From Delftia acidovorans NBRC 14950 (GTDB taxonomy: Bacteria; Pseudomonadota; Gammaproteobacteria; Burkholderiales; Burkholderiaceae_C), in contig NZ_BCZP01000039.1 in NCBI RefSeq assembly GCF_001598795.1, forward strand, positions 1-32,000: a stretch of DNA of 32,000 nt, written 5' to 3'. The number at the start of each line of letters is the position of its first letter. Within the stretch, counting starts at the first letter, position 1. The notes under the pieces are model-generated. The model saw nothing but the letters and a program-made list of their open reading frames with translations, made no database searches and was not told the DNA's origin. The translations under genes were made by a program, and so were the position numbers. Positions 14,254 through 24,164 of the stretch are shown here, one piece after another.

Positions 14254-15801
14254 ATGACAAGCAAGCCCACCGCAACCGATTCGCCTGTGGACGCCACAGG
14301 CTCGCCGGCCATCGGCTCACCCACCTCGCTGGAGACCCTGCTGGGGCTGCGTTCCTCGGCCTCGCTGGCCGGCAAGCCGCAGCCCGGCACCGATGCGCTC
14401 GCGCAGGACAAGTCACCGCTTGCGCAGGACAAGTCACCGCTTGCGCAGGACAGATCACCGCTTGCACAGGACAAATCACCACTGGACAGGATGACCGCGC
14501 CCGCCGCGCCCCGCCCGACGCCGCAGCCGCTCGACAACGACCTGCAGGTGGAGCTGCTCTTCATCCACGCAGGCACCCCCGAAAGCTCGCTGGCCCAGGC
14601 CTGGCTGCAGCACATGCTGGACGGCGCACGGCTGCATGTGGCGCGGTTCCAGGACAACGTCACCGATCAGGTGCAGCGCTACATGCCGCATGCCGTGCTC
14701 GTGCATTTCGACCCGCTGTCCACCGACGAGGCGGCCCACCTGGCCTCCCAGCTGCACATCTCCCACCCCCACCTGCCCTGCCTGGCCGTGGGCCGCACCA
14801 AGTACCCGCAGTGCATGCTGGCCGCGCTGCGCGCCGGGGTGCAGGACTTCCTCGACGTGGACGGCCCCGTGCAGGCCGCGCACCAGACGGTGATCGATCT
14901 GATCAAGCGCGTGCCCCCGTCGGCCTCGGGCATGCCCAACGCGCCGCTGACCGCCATCATGTCGGCCCGCGCCGGCCTGGGCAGCAGCCTCATGGCATCG
15001 CACCTGGCCTGGTACCTGCAAAAGCGCCTGCATGGCACGACGGCCGTGCCGGGCAAGGACGCCACGCCCCGCGAGATCAGCAACGAGACGCTGGACGGCC
15101 TGCTCATCGACCTGGGCTTTCCCAGCGGCGACTGCGGGCTGTACCTGGGCACGCTGGGAGACTTCGACTTCATCGAAGCCGTCAACAACCTGCGCCGCTT
15201 TGACCGGCGCCTGGCATCGACGGGACTGGCCCGCCATGAAAGCGGCCTGCGCCTGCTCACGCTGCCGCGCCAGCCCGCCCGCCTGCGCGACGTCTCCTAT
15301 GCCGATGCCGACGCGCTGCTGCTGCGCCTGCGCCAGTACTTCCGCCACATCGTGGCCGACCTGGGGGCCGTCGTGCCCACGCAGCTGGCCATGCGCGTGG
15401 CGCTGCGCGCCAGCCAGATCTGGGTGGTCTGCGACCAGAGCGTGGCCAGCGTGGTCTCCACCACCGAGCTGCTGCGCCAGCTCGACGAGCAAAAGGTCGA
15501 TCGCGAGCGCGTGCAGCTCATCGTCAGCCGGCACGACAGCCAGCTGGAGCTGGAGGCCCCGCAGATCGCCAGGCAACTGCAGCTGCCGCTGCTGGCCACC
15601 ATTCCCGAGCGCCGGCGCGAACTGGTCCAGGCCGTCAACCAGGGCCAGCTGCTGCCCAGCCGGCTGCAGCGCGAGCCCTATGTGCAGGCCGTGGACAAGC
15701 TCGCCACCTTGCTGATCACCACCCACCACCAGGCCCATGCGGGCGATCAGGCCGCGCCCGCCCGGGGCCTGAACCGTTTCTTCCACCGAACAAGAAGCTG
15801 A
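14254..15801 (+). CDS. tadZ: TadZ/CpaE-like pilus localisation protein (receiver-like domain plus degenerate ParA/MinD-type ATPase domain)
   Basis: The position and architecture fit TadZ. The REC-like segment is VELLFIHAGT...AVLVHFDP...LRAGVQDFL. The P-loop position reads IMSARAGLGSS rather than KGGxGK[ST]. The start is uncertain: ATG 14491 is an alternative that would exclude the low-complexity N-terminus. Confidence 0.78.
   Translation: MTSKPTATDSPVDATGSPAIGSPTSLETLLGLRSSASLAGKPQPGTDALAQDKSPLAQDKSPLAQDRSPLAQDKSPLDRMTAPAAPRPTPQPLDNDLQVELLFIHAGTPESSLAQAWLQHMLDGARLHVARFQDNVTDQVQRYMPHAVLVHFDPLSTDEAAHLASQLHISHPHLPCLAVGRTKYPQCMLAALRAGVQDFLDVDGPVQAAHQTVIDLIKRVPPSASGMPNAPLTAIMSARAGLGSSLMASHLAWYLQKRLHGTTAVPGKDATPREISNETLDGLLIDLGFPSGDCGLYLGTLGDFDFIEAVNNLRRFDRRLASTGLARHESGLRLLTLPRQPARLRDVSYADADALLLRLRQYFRHIVADLGAVVPTQLAMRVALRASQIWVVCDQSVASVVSTTELLRQLDEQKVDRERVQLIVSRHDSQLELEAPQIARQLQLPLLATIPERRRELVQAVNQGQLLPSRLQREPYVQAVDKLATLLITTHHQAHAGDQAAPARGLNRFFHRTRS
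14401..14484 (+). repeat. 4 x 21-bp tandem repeat encoding (AQDKSPL)4 in the tadZ N-terminal region
   Basis: gcgcaggacaagtcaccgctt occurs twice exactly. A third copy has 1 substitution and a fourth copy is more diverged. Confidence 0.95.
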
Positions 15802-15808
15802 ACGCACC

Positions 15809-17127
<1,319 letters not shown>

Positions 17128-17131
<4 letters not shown>

Positions 17132-18090
17132 CAGGCCTGGCACCCGCCGTCCTCATCCTCGGCGCGCTGGCCTGCCTGCTGCTGGCACTGGCGCTGTGGG
17201 TGATCATGCGCGGGCGCCGCAAGGAGCATGAGCAGTCGATCAACCTGCACATGAAGCGCAGCGTGGACGGCCACCGGGAGGTGATCTCGCCCTCCCCGCC
17301 CATGGCCGAGCCCGCCTTCCGCGCCCCCGCGGCGCAGCCCGCGCCCTCACCCGCTGCCGTGCAGTGGCTGGCCCAGCGGCTGGGCGTCCAGTCCTGGGGA
17401 ATCTCGTCCAACACCCTGGCCCTGTTCGCCATCACCGGCCTGGTGCTGGCCTTGCTGGCGACCAGCCAGGCAGGTGCTGCCGCGGGGCTGGTGGTGGCCG
17501 TGTTGTATGCCGTGGTGCTGGCCTTCGGCATCTGGCGGCGGCAGGCCAAGCGCCGCGAAAGACTGCTGCAGCAACTGCCCGGCTTCCTGGACAACATGGT
17601 CCGCCTGATCTCCATCGGCAACTCGCCCCATGCGGCCTTCCAGATGGCGCTGAACAACGTCCCCGATCCGCTGGGCGACGCGCTGCAGCAGGCGGCGGCC
17701 ATGCTCAGCGCATCGCCCGACCTGGGGCAGGCCATGGGCCAGCTGGAGCGCAACTGGCGCCTGCCCGAATTCGGCCTGCTGGCCGCCGTGTTCCGCATGA
17801 GCGTGCGCTACGGCGGGCGCGCCGACCTGGTGCTGGAGCGTGTCTCGGCCTACATCCGCGACCGCCAGTCCGCCGAGCGCGAGCTGCATGCGCTGTCCTC
17901 CGAGATCCGCATGTCGGCCTGGGTGCTGGCCCTGCTGCCCCTGGTGGTGGGGACGCTGATCATGGTGATCAACCGCGGCTACTTCATGCGCATGTGGAAC
18001 GACGACAGCGGCCAGACCATGGTCCTGGTCGCCGCCGCCCTGGAGGCCCTGGGCGCCTTTCTTCTCTACCGGCTGGCCAAGCTGAGGTGA
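17128..18090 (+). CDS. tadB: Tad pilus inner-membrane platform protein TadB
   Basis: ATGA overlap with the cpaF stop codon. It has an N-terminal TM helix and a T2SS-F-like domain (LPGFLDNMVRLISIGNSPHAAFQMAL...). The track ORF start at 17041 lies inside cpaF and was rejected. Confidence 0.85.
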
Positions 18091-18144
18091 ACCCATGACA
18101 GCACAGGCACAGGCCCACCCATCCGTCTGCGCAAGGAGCCACGC

Positions 18145-19149
18145 ATGACCACGCAGCAACTGTGGATCGCCAGCATCAGCCTGGGCGCGCTGGGACTGGT
18201 GCTGTGGGCCTGCGCCCTGGTGTGGAAGCTGTGGCGCTCGGCCCGTGCCTCCAGCCAGGTCGCCAAGATATTGCAGGCGCGCGATACCGCATCGACCCCG
18301 AAGGCCGCCACGAAGAGCGCCCTGCAGGCCAACGACGCGCAGCTGCTCAACCCGCTGTCCATCAACGTGCGCTCCTCCGATTCGCCACAGGCGGTGGCCG
18401 CCAACCTCCCGCCCCCGGCCTGGCTGCAATGGGGCGTGGCCAAGGCCTTGCTGGCCGATGAGGACCGCAAGCTGCTGGACCAGGCCGGCGTGGGTACGCG
18501 CAACGGCAGCATGGCCTATGTGGCCAGCCGCATGGTGCTGTGCGTGGTCCTGCCCCTGCTGGCGCTGGGTGTGCTGCGCCCCGGCGAAAACGCGGCCCTG
18601 ATCTACGGCTTTCTCGGGGTGAGCCTGGGGCTCATGCTTCCCAAATGGTTTCTGCGCTCGCGGGCCAAGGGCCGGCGCGAGCAGGTGGTCGAGGAACTGC
18701 CGCTGTTCGTCGACCTGCTGCGGCTGCTGCAGGGCGTGGGCCTGAGCGTGGACCAGAGCCTGCAGATCCTGGCCTCGGAATTCAAGAGCGTGCTGCGCGT
18801 CATCAGCGGCGAGCTGGCCCTGGCCAACCAGCTCTACAACAGCGGGCGCACGCGCGAGCAATCCTTCCAGCGCATGGTCAACATGAGCGCCGACGACGAC
18901 ATGAGCGCCATCGTCAACCTGCTGGTGCAGGTGGACAAGCATGGGGGCGCCGTGCAGGAGCCGCTGCGGGAATTCAGCATCCGGCTGCGCGAAAAGCGCC
19001 AGGCCAGCTTCAAGGAAAAGATAGGTTCCATCACCGTCAAGATGACGGGCGTCATGGTCCTCACGCTGCTGCCCGCCCTGCTCGTCATCACGGCGGGCCC
19101 CGGCTTCCTGGCCGTGATCAGGGCATTGACCACCATGGGAGGACGCTAG
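18145..19149 (+). CDS. tadC: Tad pilus inner-membrane platform protein TadC
   Basis: SD aaggag lies upstream. It has a T2SS-F-like domain (ELPLFVDLLRLLQGVGLSVDQSLQIL...) and C-terminal TM helices. Confidence 0.85.
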   Translation: MTTQQLWIASISLGALGLVLWACALVWKLWRSARASSQVAKILQARDTASTPKAATKSALQANDAQLLNPLSINVRSSDSPQAVAANLPPPAWLQWGVAKALLADEDRKLLDQAGVGTRNGSMAYVASRMVLCVVLPLLALGVLRPGENAALIYGFLGVSLGLMLPKWFLRSRAKGRREQVVEELPLFVDLLRLLQGVGLSVDQSLQILASEFKSVLRVISGELALANQLYNSGRTREQSFQRMVNMSADDDMSAIVNLLVQVDKHGGAVQEPLREFSIRLREKRQASFKEKIGSITVKMTGVMVLTLLPALLVITAGPGFLAVIRALTTMGGR

Positions 19150-19151
19150 GC

Positions 19152-20189
19152 ATGCGACACCAGGAAAACACCCACGCAGGGCGGACGCCAGCGCCGGCAC
19201 CCCTTGCAACCCTGGCAGCCCTGGCGACCCTGGCCTTGGCCCTGGCCGGCTGCGCCAGCAAGGGGCCGCAGGGCTACGGCGCCCCTTCCGCGCAGCAGGA
19301 AACCGCCGCCCAGGCCCAGCAGCAATTGCAGAACGCCCAGCAGGCCACCCAGGTGGACAACGCCCAGACCTATCTGGACCTGATCACGCAGATGCAGCAG
19401 GCGGGCCAGTGGTATGCCTCGCTGGCGCACACCGAAGCCTTCGAGCAGCAGTACGGCGTGAACCCGGAGTCGCGCCTGATGCGGGCCGACGCGCTGCGCA
19501 ACACCGGCCAGGTCGAGCAGGCCCGGCAGGCCTACCTGGCGCTGCTGCAGGGCGCCACCACGGCGCGGGCGCGGCGCGGCCTGGGCCTGCTGTACGCAAG
19601 CCAGGGCCAGTATGGCCAGGCCGTGGAGCAGCTGGACAAGGCGCGCCAGCTCAACCCCATCGACGCCAACGTGCTCAGTGACCTGGCCTACGCCCACATG
19701 CTCGACGGCCGGCTGGCCGCCGCGCAGATGCCCATCATGCAGGCCTCGCAACTCGCCCCGGCCAACGCACGGGTGCAGCTGAACATGGCGCTGTTCTGGC
19801 TGGCCAGCGGCAACCAGGCCCAGGCGTCGCAGCTGCTGCGCCAGCTGGCCCAGCCCCAGGCCAAGGGCGCCCTGCCCATGATCGACCAGACCTCGCTGCA
19901 GACCCTGCAGGCACAGCTGGCCAGCGTGCGCGATGCCGTGCGCCTGCGCGGCGACAGCCTGCCCGCAGAGGCCAGTGCCGGTGCCGGTGCCGGTGCCGCT
20001 GTGTCCAGCGCCCCTGTGCTGCCTTCTGTGCTGCCCCCTGCACTACCCCCTGTGCCGACCCTGGGCACCCGCCCCGAAGCACGCGCCACCGAGGCCCTGC
20101 CCGAGACCCTGCCGGCCGGCATCACCCGGCGCATTCTTCTTTCCGAGCCGCCCGGCGCCGCAGGCGCAGCACCGGCCTCGCCACTTTGA
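19152..20189 (+). CDS. tadD: TPR-repeat lipoprotein, TadD-like
   Basis: Lipobox LALAGC|AS. TPR-like helices span aa ~60-250 (YLALLQG..., GLGLLYASQGQYGQAVEQLDKARQLNP, DLAYAHMLDGRL...). There is a Pro/Ala-rich tail. Its position after tadC fits TadD. Confidence 0.72.
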   Translation: MRHQENTHAGRTPAPAPLATLAALATLALALAGCASKGPQGYGAPSAQQETAAQAQQQLQNAQQATQVDNAQTYLDLITQMQQAGQWYASLAHTEAFEQQYGVNPESRLMRADALRNTGQVEQARQAYLALLQGATTARARRGLGLLYASQGQYGQAVEQLDKARQLNPIDANVLSDLAYAHMLDGRLAAAQMPIMQASQLAPANARVQLNMALFWLASGNQAQASQLLRQLAQPQAKGALPMIDQTSLQTLQAQLASVRDAVRLRGDSLPAEASAGAGAGAAVSSAPVLPSVLPPALPPVPTLGTRPEARATEALPETLPAGITRRILLSEPPGAAGAAPASPL

Positions 20190-20199
20190 GGAGCACGAC

Positions 20200-20640
20200 A
20201 TGCCAGACACATACCGCATGGACCCACCGCGCCGCACTGCAGTCGCCAACGCTCTGGCCCCCTGGCTGCTGGCCGCCGGCCTGGCCCTGCTTCCCACGGC
20301 CGCGCTGCATGCCCAGGCCTTTGGCGAAGTGCAGAGCCCGCCCGAGCAGGTGGACGCACGGCCCCATGTGTTCGCCGAGCCCTCCACCGACTCCATCCTG
20401 GTCGGCTACACGCTCTACACCAACCCCGATGGAACCGTGATGTACCTGCCCCGGCGCGAGATCGACATCGGCGGGGGCACCCTGCGGCTGCTGGAAATGC
20501 AGCACAGCCAGCCGGGCCAGCGTGCGCGCCCCATCGCGGGCGAGCAGGCGCGGCGCAGCTATGCGCGCTACCTCAAGAGCTTCGAGACGGAAATCCCCGC
20601 CCTGTACAAGACCGGCGTCGAAGCCGGCGGCAAGAACTGA
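20200..20640 (+). CDS. Small secreted protein of unknown function (DUF3613-like tad-locus accessory protein)
   Basis: SD gaggag precedes ATG 20200. The signal peptide is ...LLAAGLALLPTAALHAQA. The segment ARRSYARYLKSFETEIPALY resembles my memory of the DUF3613 motif seen in Burkholderiales tad loci. That assignment is unverified. Confidence 0.5.
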   Translation: MPDTYRMDPPRRTAVANALAPWLLAAGLALLPTAALHAQAFGEVQSPPEQVDARPHVFAEPSTDSILVGYTLYTNPDGTVMYLPRREIDIGGGTLRLLEMQHSQPGQRARPIAGEQARRSYARYLKSFETEIPALYKTGVEAGGKN

Positions 20641-20673
20641 GGCCGGCCCCGGCCACGGCTTGCAGGAACGACC

Positions 20674-21189
20674 ATGACCCGGCTCCAACCCCGCGCTCAC
20701 CGCTCCCACCGACCTGCCAGCCTGCGGCAGCGGGGGGTGTATGCGCTGGAGTGGGCCATCATCTTCCCGGTGTTCTTTGCCCTGCTGTATGCCTGCATCA
20801 GCTACGGGCTGGCGTTCCTGGTGCGCGAATCCATGCAGGCCGCCGCCGAAGACGCCGCGCGGGCCACGCTGCGCTACCAGACCAGCCGCACCGCCCGCCT
20901 GGACGCGGCCCGCAGCCTGGTGCAACAGCGGCTCGACTGGCTGCCCGCCGACCTTCGGCCCACGGCTGGCAGCATCGACGTGCGCATCTGCAGGCTGCAG
21001 AACAGCGAACTGTGCTCGGCCACGCTGACCTGCGGCGTGCTGGTGGCCGAACGCTGCATGGTGCGCGTGGGCTTCACCATCCCTTATGGAACCAGCCCGA
21101 TAGCGCCCGCCCTGCCGGGCTTCGGCCTGGTCATGCCCACCACGTTGACGGCCAGCGCCAACATCATGGTGGACAGGGGGGGGCTATGA
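20674..21189 (+). CDS. tadE: TadE-like pseudopilin
   Basis: The N-terminus RGVYALEWAIIFPVFFALLYACISYGLAF matches the TadE/TadG N-terminal hydrophobic motif (G..A.E.A...P). Confidence 0.8.
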   Translation: MTRLQPRAHRSHRPASLRQRGVYALEWAIIFPVFFALLYACISYGLAFLVRESMQAAAEDAARATLRYQTSRTARLDAARSLVQQRLDWLPADLRPTAGSIDVRICRLQNSELCSATLTCGVLVAERCMVRVGFTIPYGTSPIAPALPGFGLVMPTTLTASANIMVDRGGL

Positions 21190-21338
21190 GATACCCCCTG
21201 AGCGGCTGCGCCGCTTCCCCCTTGAAGGGGGACGACACCCTCGCTGCGGGGCGGCGCGGCCGGCTTAGGCCCTTGCTCGGGGTCCCTGGGTTGGGGCATG
21301 CCATGCGTGGGGCACGCCCTGCTGCATCGGCCGAGTTC

Positions 21339-21821
21339 ATGCAGGACACCGGCGATACCTTCGCGGCAGGGCTGCACAGGCGGCAGCGCGGCGTGGCGGC
21401 GGTGGAGTTCGCGTTGATCGCCGGGGTGATGGTGATGCTGCTGATGGGCATGTTCGTGTACTGGCGCGTGCTGCAGGCCCAGCAGTCGCTGGCGCGTGCC
21501 ACGGGCGATGGTGCGCGCATGGTCCAGCATCTGGCGTTTGGCGGGATGGCGGGCTACAACCCGGCCAAGCCGGCCGAACGCGCCAACATCCTGCAGGCCA
21601 CCAGCGATGTGGTGAACCAGAGCCTGGCGGCCAGCGGCATTCCAGCGGGCACGGCGCCCACCCAGATACAGATCAACTGGGGCACTTCCCAGGCCACGCT
21701 GAGCGTGGTCTACATGCTTCCCCCCGTGCTGGGCCAGGGCCTGCAGGTGGGCAGCCAGACCTTGGGCGAACCCACGCGCCTGGAGTCCCGCAGCCTGATC
21801 AGGCTTGCGCCCGGCAGCTAG
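21339..21821 (+). CDS. Second TadE/TadF-like pseudopilin
   Basis: RGVAAVEFALIAGVMVMLLMGMFVYW is a TadE-type N-terminus. The start is ambiguous between ATG 21339, ATG 21303 and ATG 21186 (ATGA overlap with the previous gene, preceded by aggggggg). The stretch 21186-21338 has poorer codon usage (aga, agg, ttg x3, ggg x6), so I favour 21339. Confidence 0.68.
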   Translation: MQDTGDTFAAGLHRRQRGVAAVEFALIAGVMVMLLMGMFVYWRVLQAQQSLARATGDGARMVQHLAFGGMAGYNPAKPAERANILQATSDVVNQSLAASGIPAGTAPTQIQINWGTSQATLSVVYMLPPVLGQGLQVGSQTLGEPTRLESRSLIRLAPGS

Positions 21822-21837
21822 ACAGGAGGACCAGAGC

Positions 21838-24114
21838 ATGCTCACCCACCTCCCCGCATCCGCACACCGCCCCCGAACGCGCCGGCAAGGGCGCCGACAA
21901 GGGCGCCGGCAAGGCGGCAGCCTGCTCGTGCAGTTCGCCCTGCTGGGCTCGGTGCTGTTCCTGTTGCTCGGCGTCGTGGACCTGGGCTACATGTACTACG
22001 CCAAGCGCGACCTGCAGCGCATTGCCGATCTGGCGGCCACCCAGGCGGCCCAGACCATCAATGCCGAGCGCAGCAACCGCGCCGCCTGCGTGACGGCGGG
22101 CGAGGATAGCATCACGGCCAACTGGCCGGTTCCGCTGACCCGCAACAGCACCCAGACCGTGGTCAGCTGCGGCAACTGGAACCCGGCGGACCCGGCCAGG
22201 CAGTCCAGCGGCGGCCGCTTCTTCGACGCCAGCTCCGGCCCGCTCAACGCGGCGCGCGTGACGGTGGGCGGCACCTCGCCCACCATCTTCCCCGGCCCCT
22301 GGAGCCGTGCCGTGGTGGCCGAGGCCATTGCCATGCGCAACGACTCGGTGGCGTCCTTCCAGGTGGGCTCGCAGCTGCTGCGCTTCAACAAGGACACGCC
22401 GCTGGGCGGGCTGCTGGGCCTGGTGGGGCTGGACGTGGGCATGCTGACCCTGCTGGACTCCAAGGGCCTGGCCGATGCCAAGATCAGCCCGGCCGGCCTG
22501 CTCAAGGCCCTGGGCGTGAACCTGGGCATAGAGCAGCTGCGCGCGCTGTCGCCCGAGGGCCTGGCCAACATCGCCAGCGTCACCCTGCTGAACGTGATCG
22601 ACGCCTCCATCAGCGCCATCACCGACAACGCGCTGGCCGTGCAGCTCAATGCGCTCAAGACCCAGATCATCAACGCGGGCCTGAGCACCATCAAGATCCC
22701 GCTGGGCAGCCTGGACGACCAGAAGGGCCTGTTCGCCTTCCTGGGCGCCGGCCGCACCGATCCGCTGAACGCGGCCATGGACGTGCAGCTGGGCATTGGC
22801 GACCTCTTGAAGACGGCCATTGCCATCGGCGCCAACGGCCACGCGCTGCAGGCCAACCAGCTGGATGTGGCCGGGCTCATCAAGGGCCAGCTGACCATCG
22901 TGCAGCCGCCCACCATTGCCGTGGGCCCCGTCGGCACGCAGGGCTACAGCGCGCAGATCCGCCTGAACCTGAACGTGGACACGGACCAGCTGCTGGGCGG
23001 CGCACTCAAATGGCTGGTCAAGGACATCCTGGGCACCCAGGTCAAGCTGCCCATTGCCGTGGACATCACCAACGCCACGGGCACGCTGACGGCGCTGCAA
23101 TGCAGCGCCAGCCCGCAGACCATGGACCTGTCGGTCAAGTCCTCCATCCTCAACGCCTGCGTGGGCAAGATGGACCCGGCCAACAAGCAAAGCTGCGAGA
23201 AGGGCCTGCAAAATGAGCAGCTCATCACCCTGCTGCACCTGCCCGTGCTGAACGGCAAGCTGTGGGTGCCGGCCCTGGAGTACACGGACTCCACCACGGG
23301 CCTGGGCATGGAGCCGGGCTACGAAGATCCGGCCGACCCCAACTGGTCCAAGACCAACCGTTCCACGCAGGTGAACCAGCTGGCGCTGGGCGACACGGTC
23401 AACAACATCGTCACGGGACTGCTCAACCTGCTCAGCGGCCTGCTGCAGCCACCGAACAGCACGCCCACCGACATCACCACGCGCCTGCTGGGCTCCTACC
23501 TGGACGCCTCCATGGTGAACGGGCTCTACAACGTGACCAGCCTCACCAACCTGCTGCTCAGCGGGCGCGGCGTGGCCGGCGACAAGGACTACATGCCGCC
23601 GCTGCTCACGTCCAACTTCACGTTCAACAACGCCATCGCCAAGTCCTGCCTGCTGGTGGCCTGCCCGTCCTCCACCTGGCCCAGCGGCACGTTCTCGGCC
23701 GCCCTCAACTCCTACACCAGCGTGCCCGGCGGCCTGCTGGATGTGCTGGGCATCTCCACCTACGACAACGGCTACCAGAGCTGCGCGGGCCTGCTCAGCT
23801 CGCTGCTCAACTGGAATGGCTGCGTCAAGAACAACGTGACCAAGCTGCTGACCTCGCACCCGCAGTACCTGTACACGATCAACCCGAACAGCCCCGAGAT
23901 CCAGTCCCTGCTCAACCGCGACAACAACCTCACCTGCACCGGCGCCCTGTGCACCCTGCTCAAGCCGCTGGTCACCACCGTGCTCAAGCCCATCCTCAAC
24001 GGCGTGGGCACGCTGCTGACCAGCGTGCTCAAGGACACGCTGGGGCTGGAGGTGGGCCGCACCGACATCAAGGCCCTGTCCATCGGCTGCGACACGGCGC
24101 AACTGGTTTTCTGA
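21838..24114 (+). CDS. tadG: TadG-like large pseudopilin or tip-associated protein
   Basis: SD aggagga precedes ATG 21838. The N-terminus [42 protein letters not shown] matches the TadE/G-like 'Tad' N-domain. The remaining ~700 aa are rich in L/N/T/G and I cannot name a domain in them. Confidence 0.75.
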   Translation: MLTHLPASAHRPRTRRQGRRQGRRQGGSLLVQFALLGSVLFLLLGVVDLGYMYYAKRDLQRIADLAATQAAQTINAERSNRAACVTAGEDSITANWPVPLTRNSTQTVVSCGNWNPADPARQSSGGRFFDASSGPLNAARVTVGGTSPTIFPGPWSRAVVAEAIAMRNDSVASFQVGSQLLRFNKDTPLGGLLGLVGLDVGMLTLLDSKGLADAKISPAGLLKALGVNLGIEQLRALSPEGLANIASVTLLNVIDASISAITDNALAVQLNALKTQIINAGLSTIKIPLGSLDDQKGLFAFLGAGRTDPLNAAMDVQLGIGDLLKTAIAIGANGHALQANQLDVAGLIKGQLTIVQPPTIAVGPVGTQGYSAQIRLNLNVDTDQLLGGALKWLVKDILGTQVKLPIAVDITNATGTLTALQCSASPQTMDLSVKSSILNACVGKMDPANKQSCEKGLQNEQLITLLHLPVLNGKLWVPALEYTDSTTGLGMEPGYEDPADPNWSKTNRSTQVNQLALGDTVNNIVTGLLNLLSGLLQPPNSTPTDITTRLLGSYLDASMVNGLYNVTSLTNLLLSGRGVAGDKDYMPPLLTSNFTFNNAIAKSCLLVACPSSTWPSGTFSAALNSYTSVPGGLLDVLGISTYDNGYQSCAGLLSSLLNWNGCVKNNVTKLLTSHPQYLYTINPNSPEIQSLLNRDNNLTCTGALCTLLKPLVTTVLKPILNGVGTLLTSVLKDTLGLEVGRTDIKALSIGCDTAQLVF

Positions 24115-24164
24115 ACGGCAGGCAAGGCCATCCAATCCATGAATCGACAACGAGGGAATGCAAC

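Noticed and set aside
12740-14257. A second, fully open 505-aa plus-strand frame that overlaps the whole secretin gene.
   Set aside because: The translation is Arg/Pro/Gly-rich nonsense (…RRRGHALWRLPAAGGRTPAPDAAG…), whereas the 12735 frame carries all the secretin motifs. It is another high-GC alternative-frame artefact, not an overlapping gene.
14401-14484. Short direct repeats considered as a possible CRISPR array, also at 3211-3261, 13024-13071, 19975-19995 and 21880-21915.
   Set aside because: They are head-to-tail tandem repeats without spacers. They lie in frame within coding sequence and are 6-21 bp long. They are coding microsatellites or minisatellites, not CRISPR.
20651-20664. GGCCACGGCTTGCA, a sigma-54-like motif just upstream of tadE.
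   Set aside because: The GG-to-GC spacing is one nucleotide too short. The motif ends only ~10 nt before the ATG at 20674, which leaves no room for a transcription start site and an SD.
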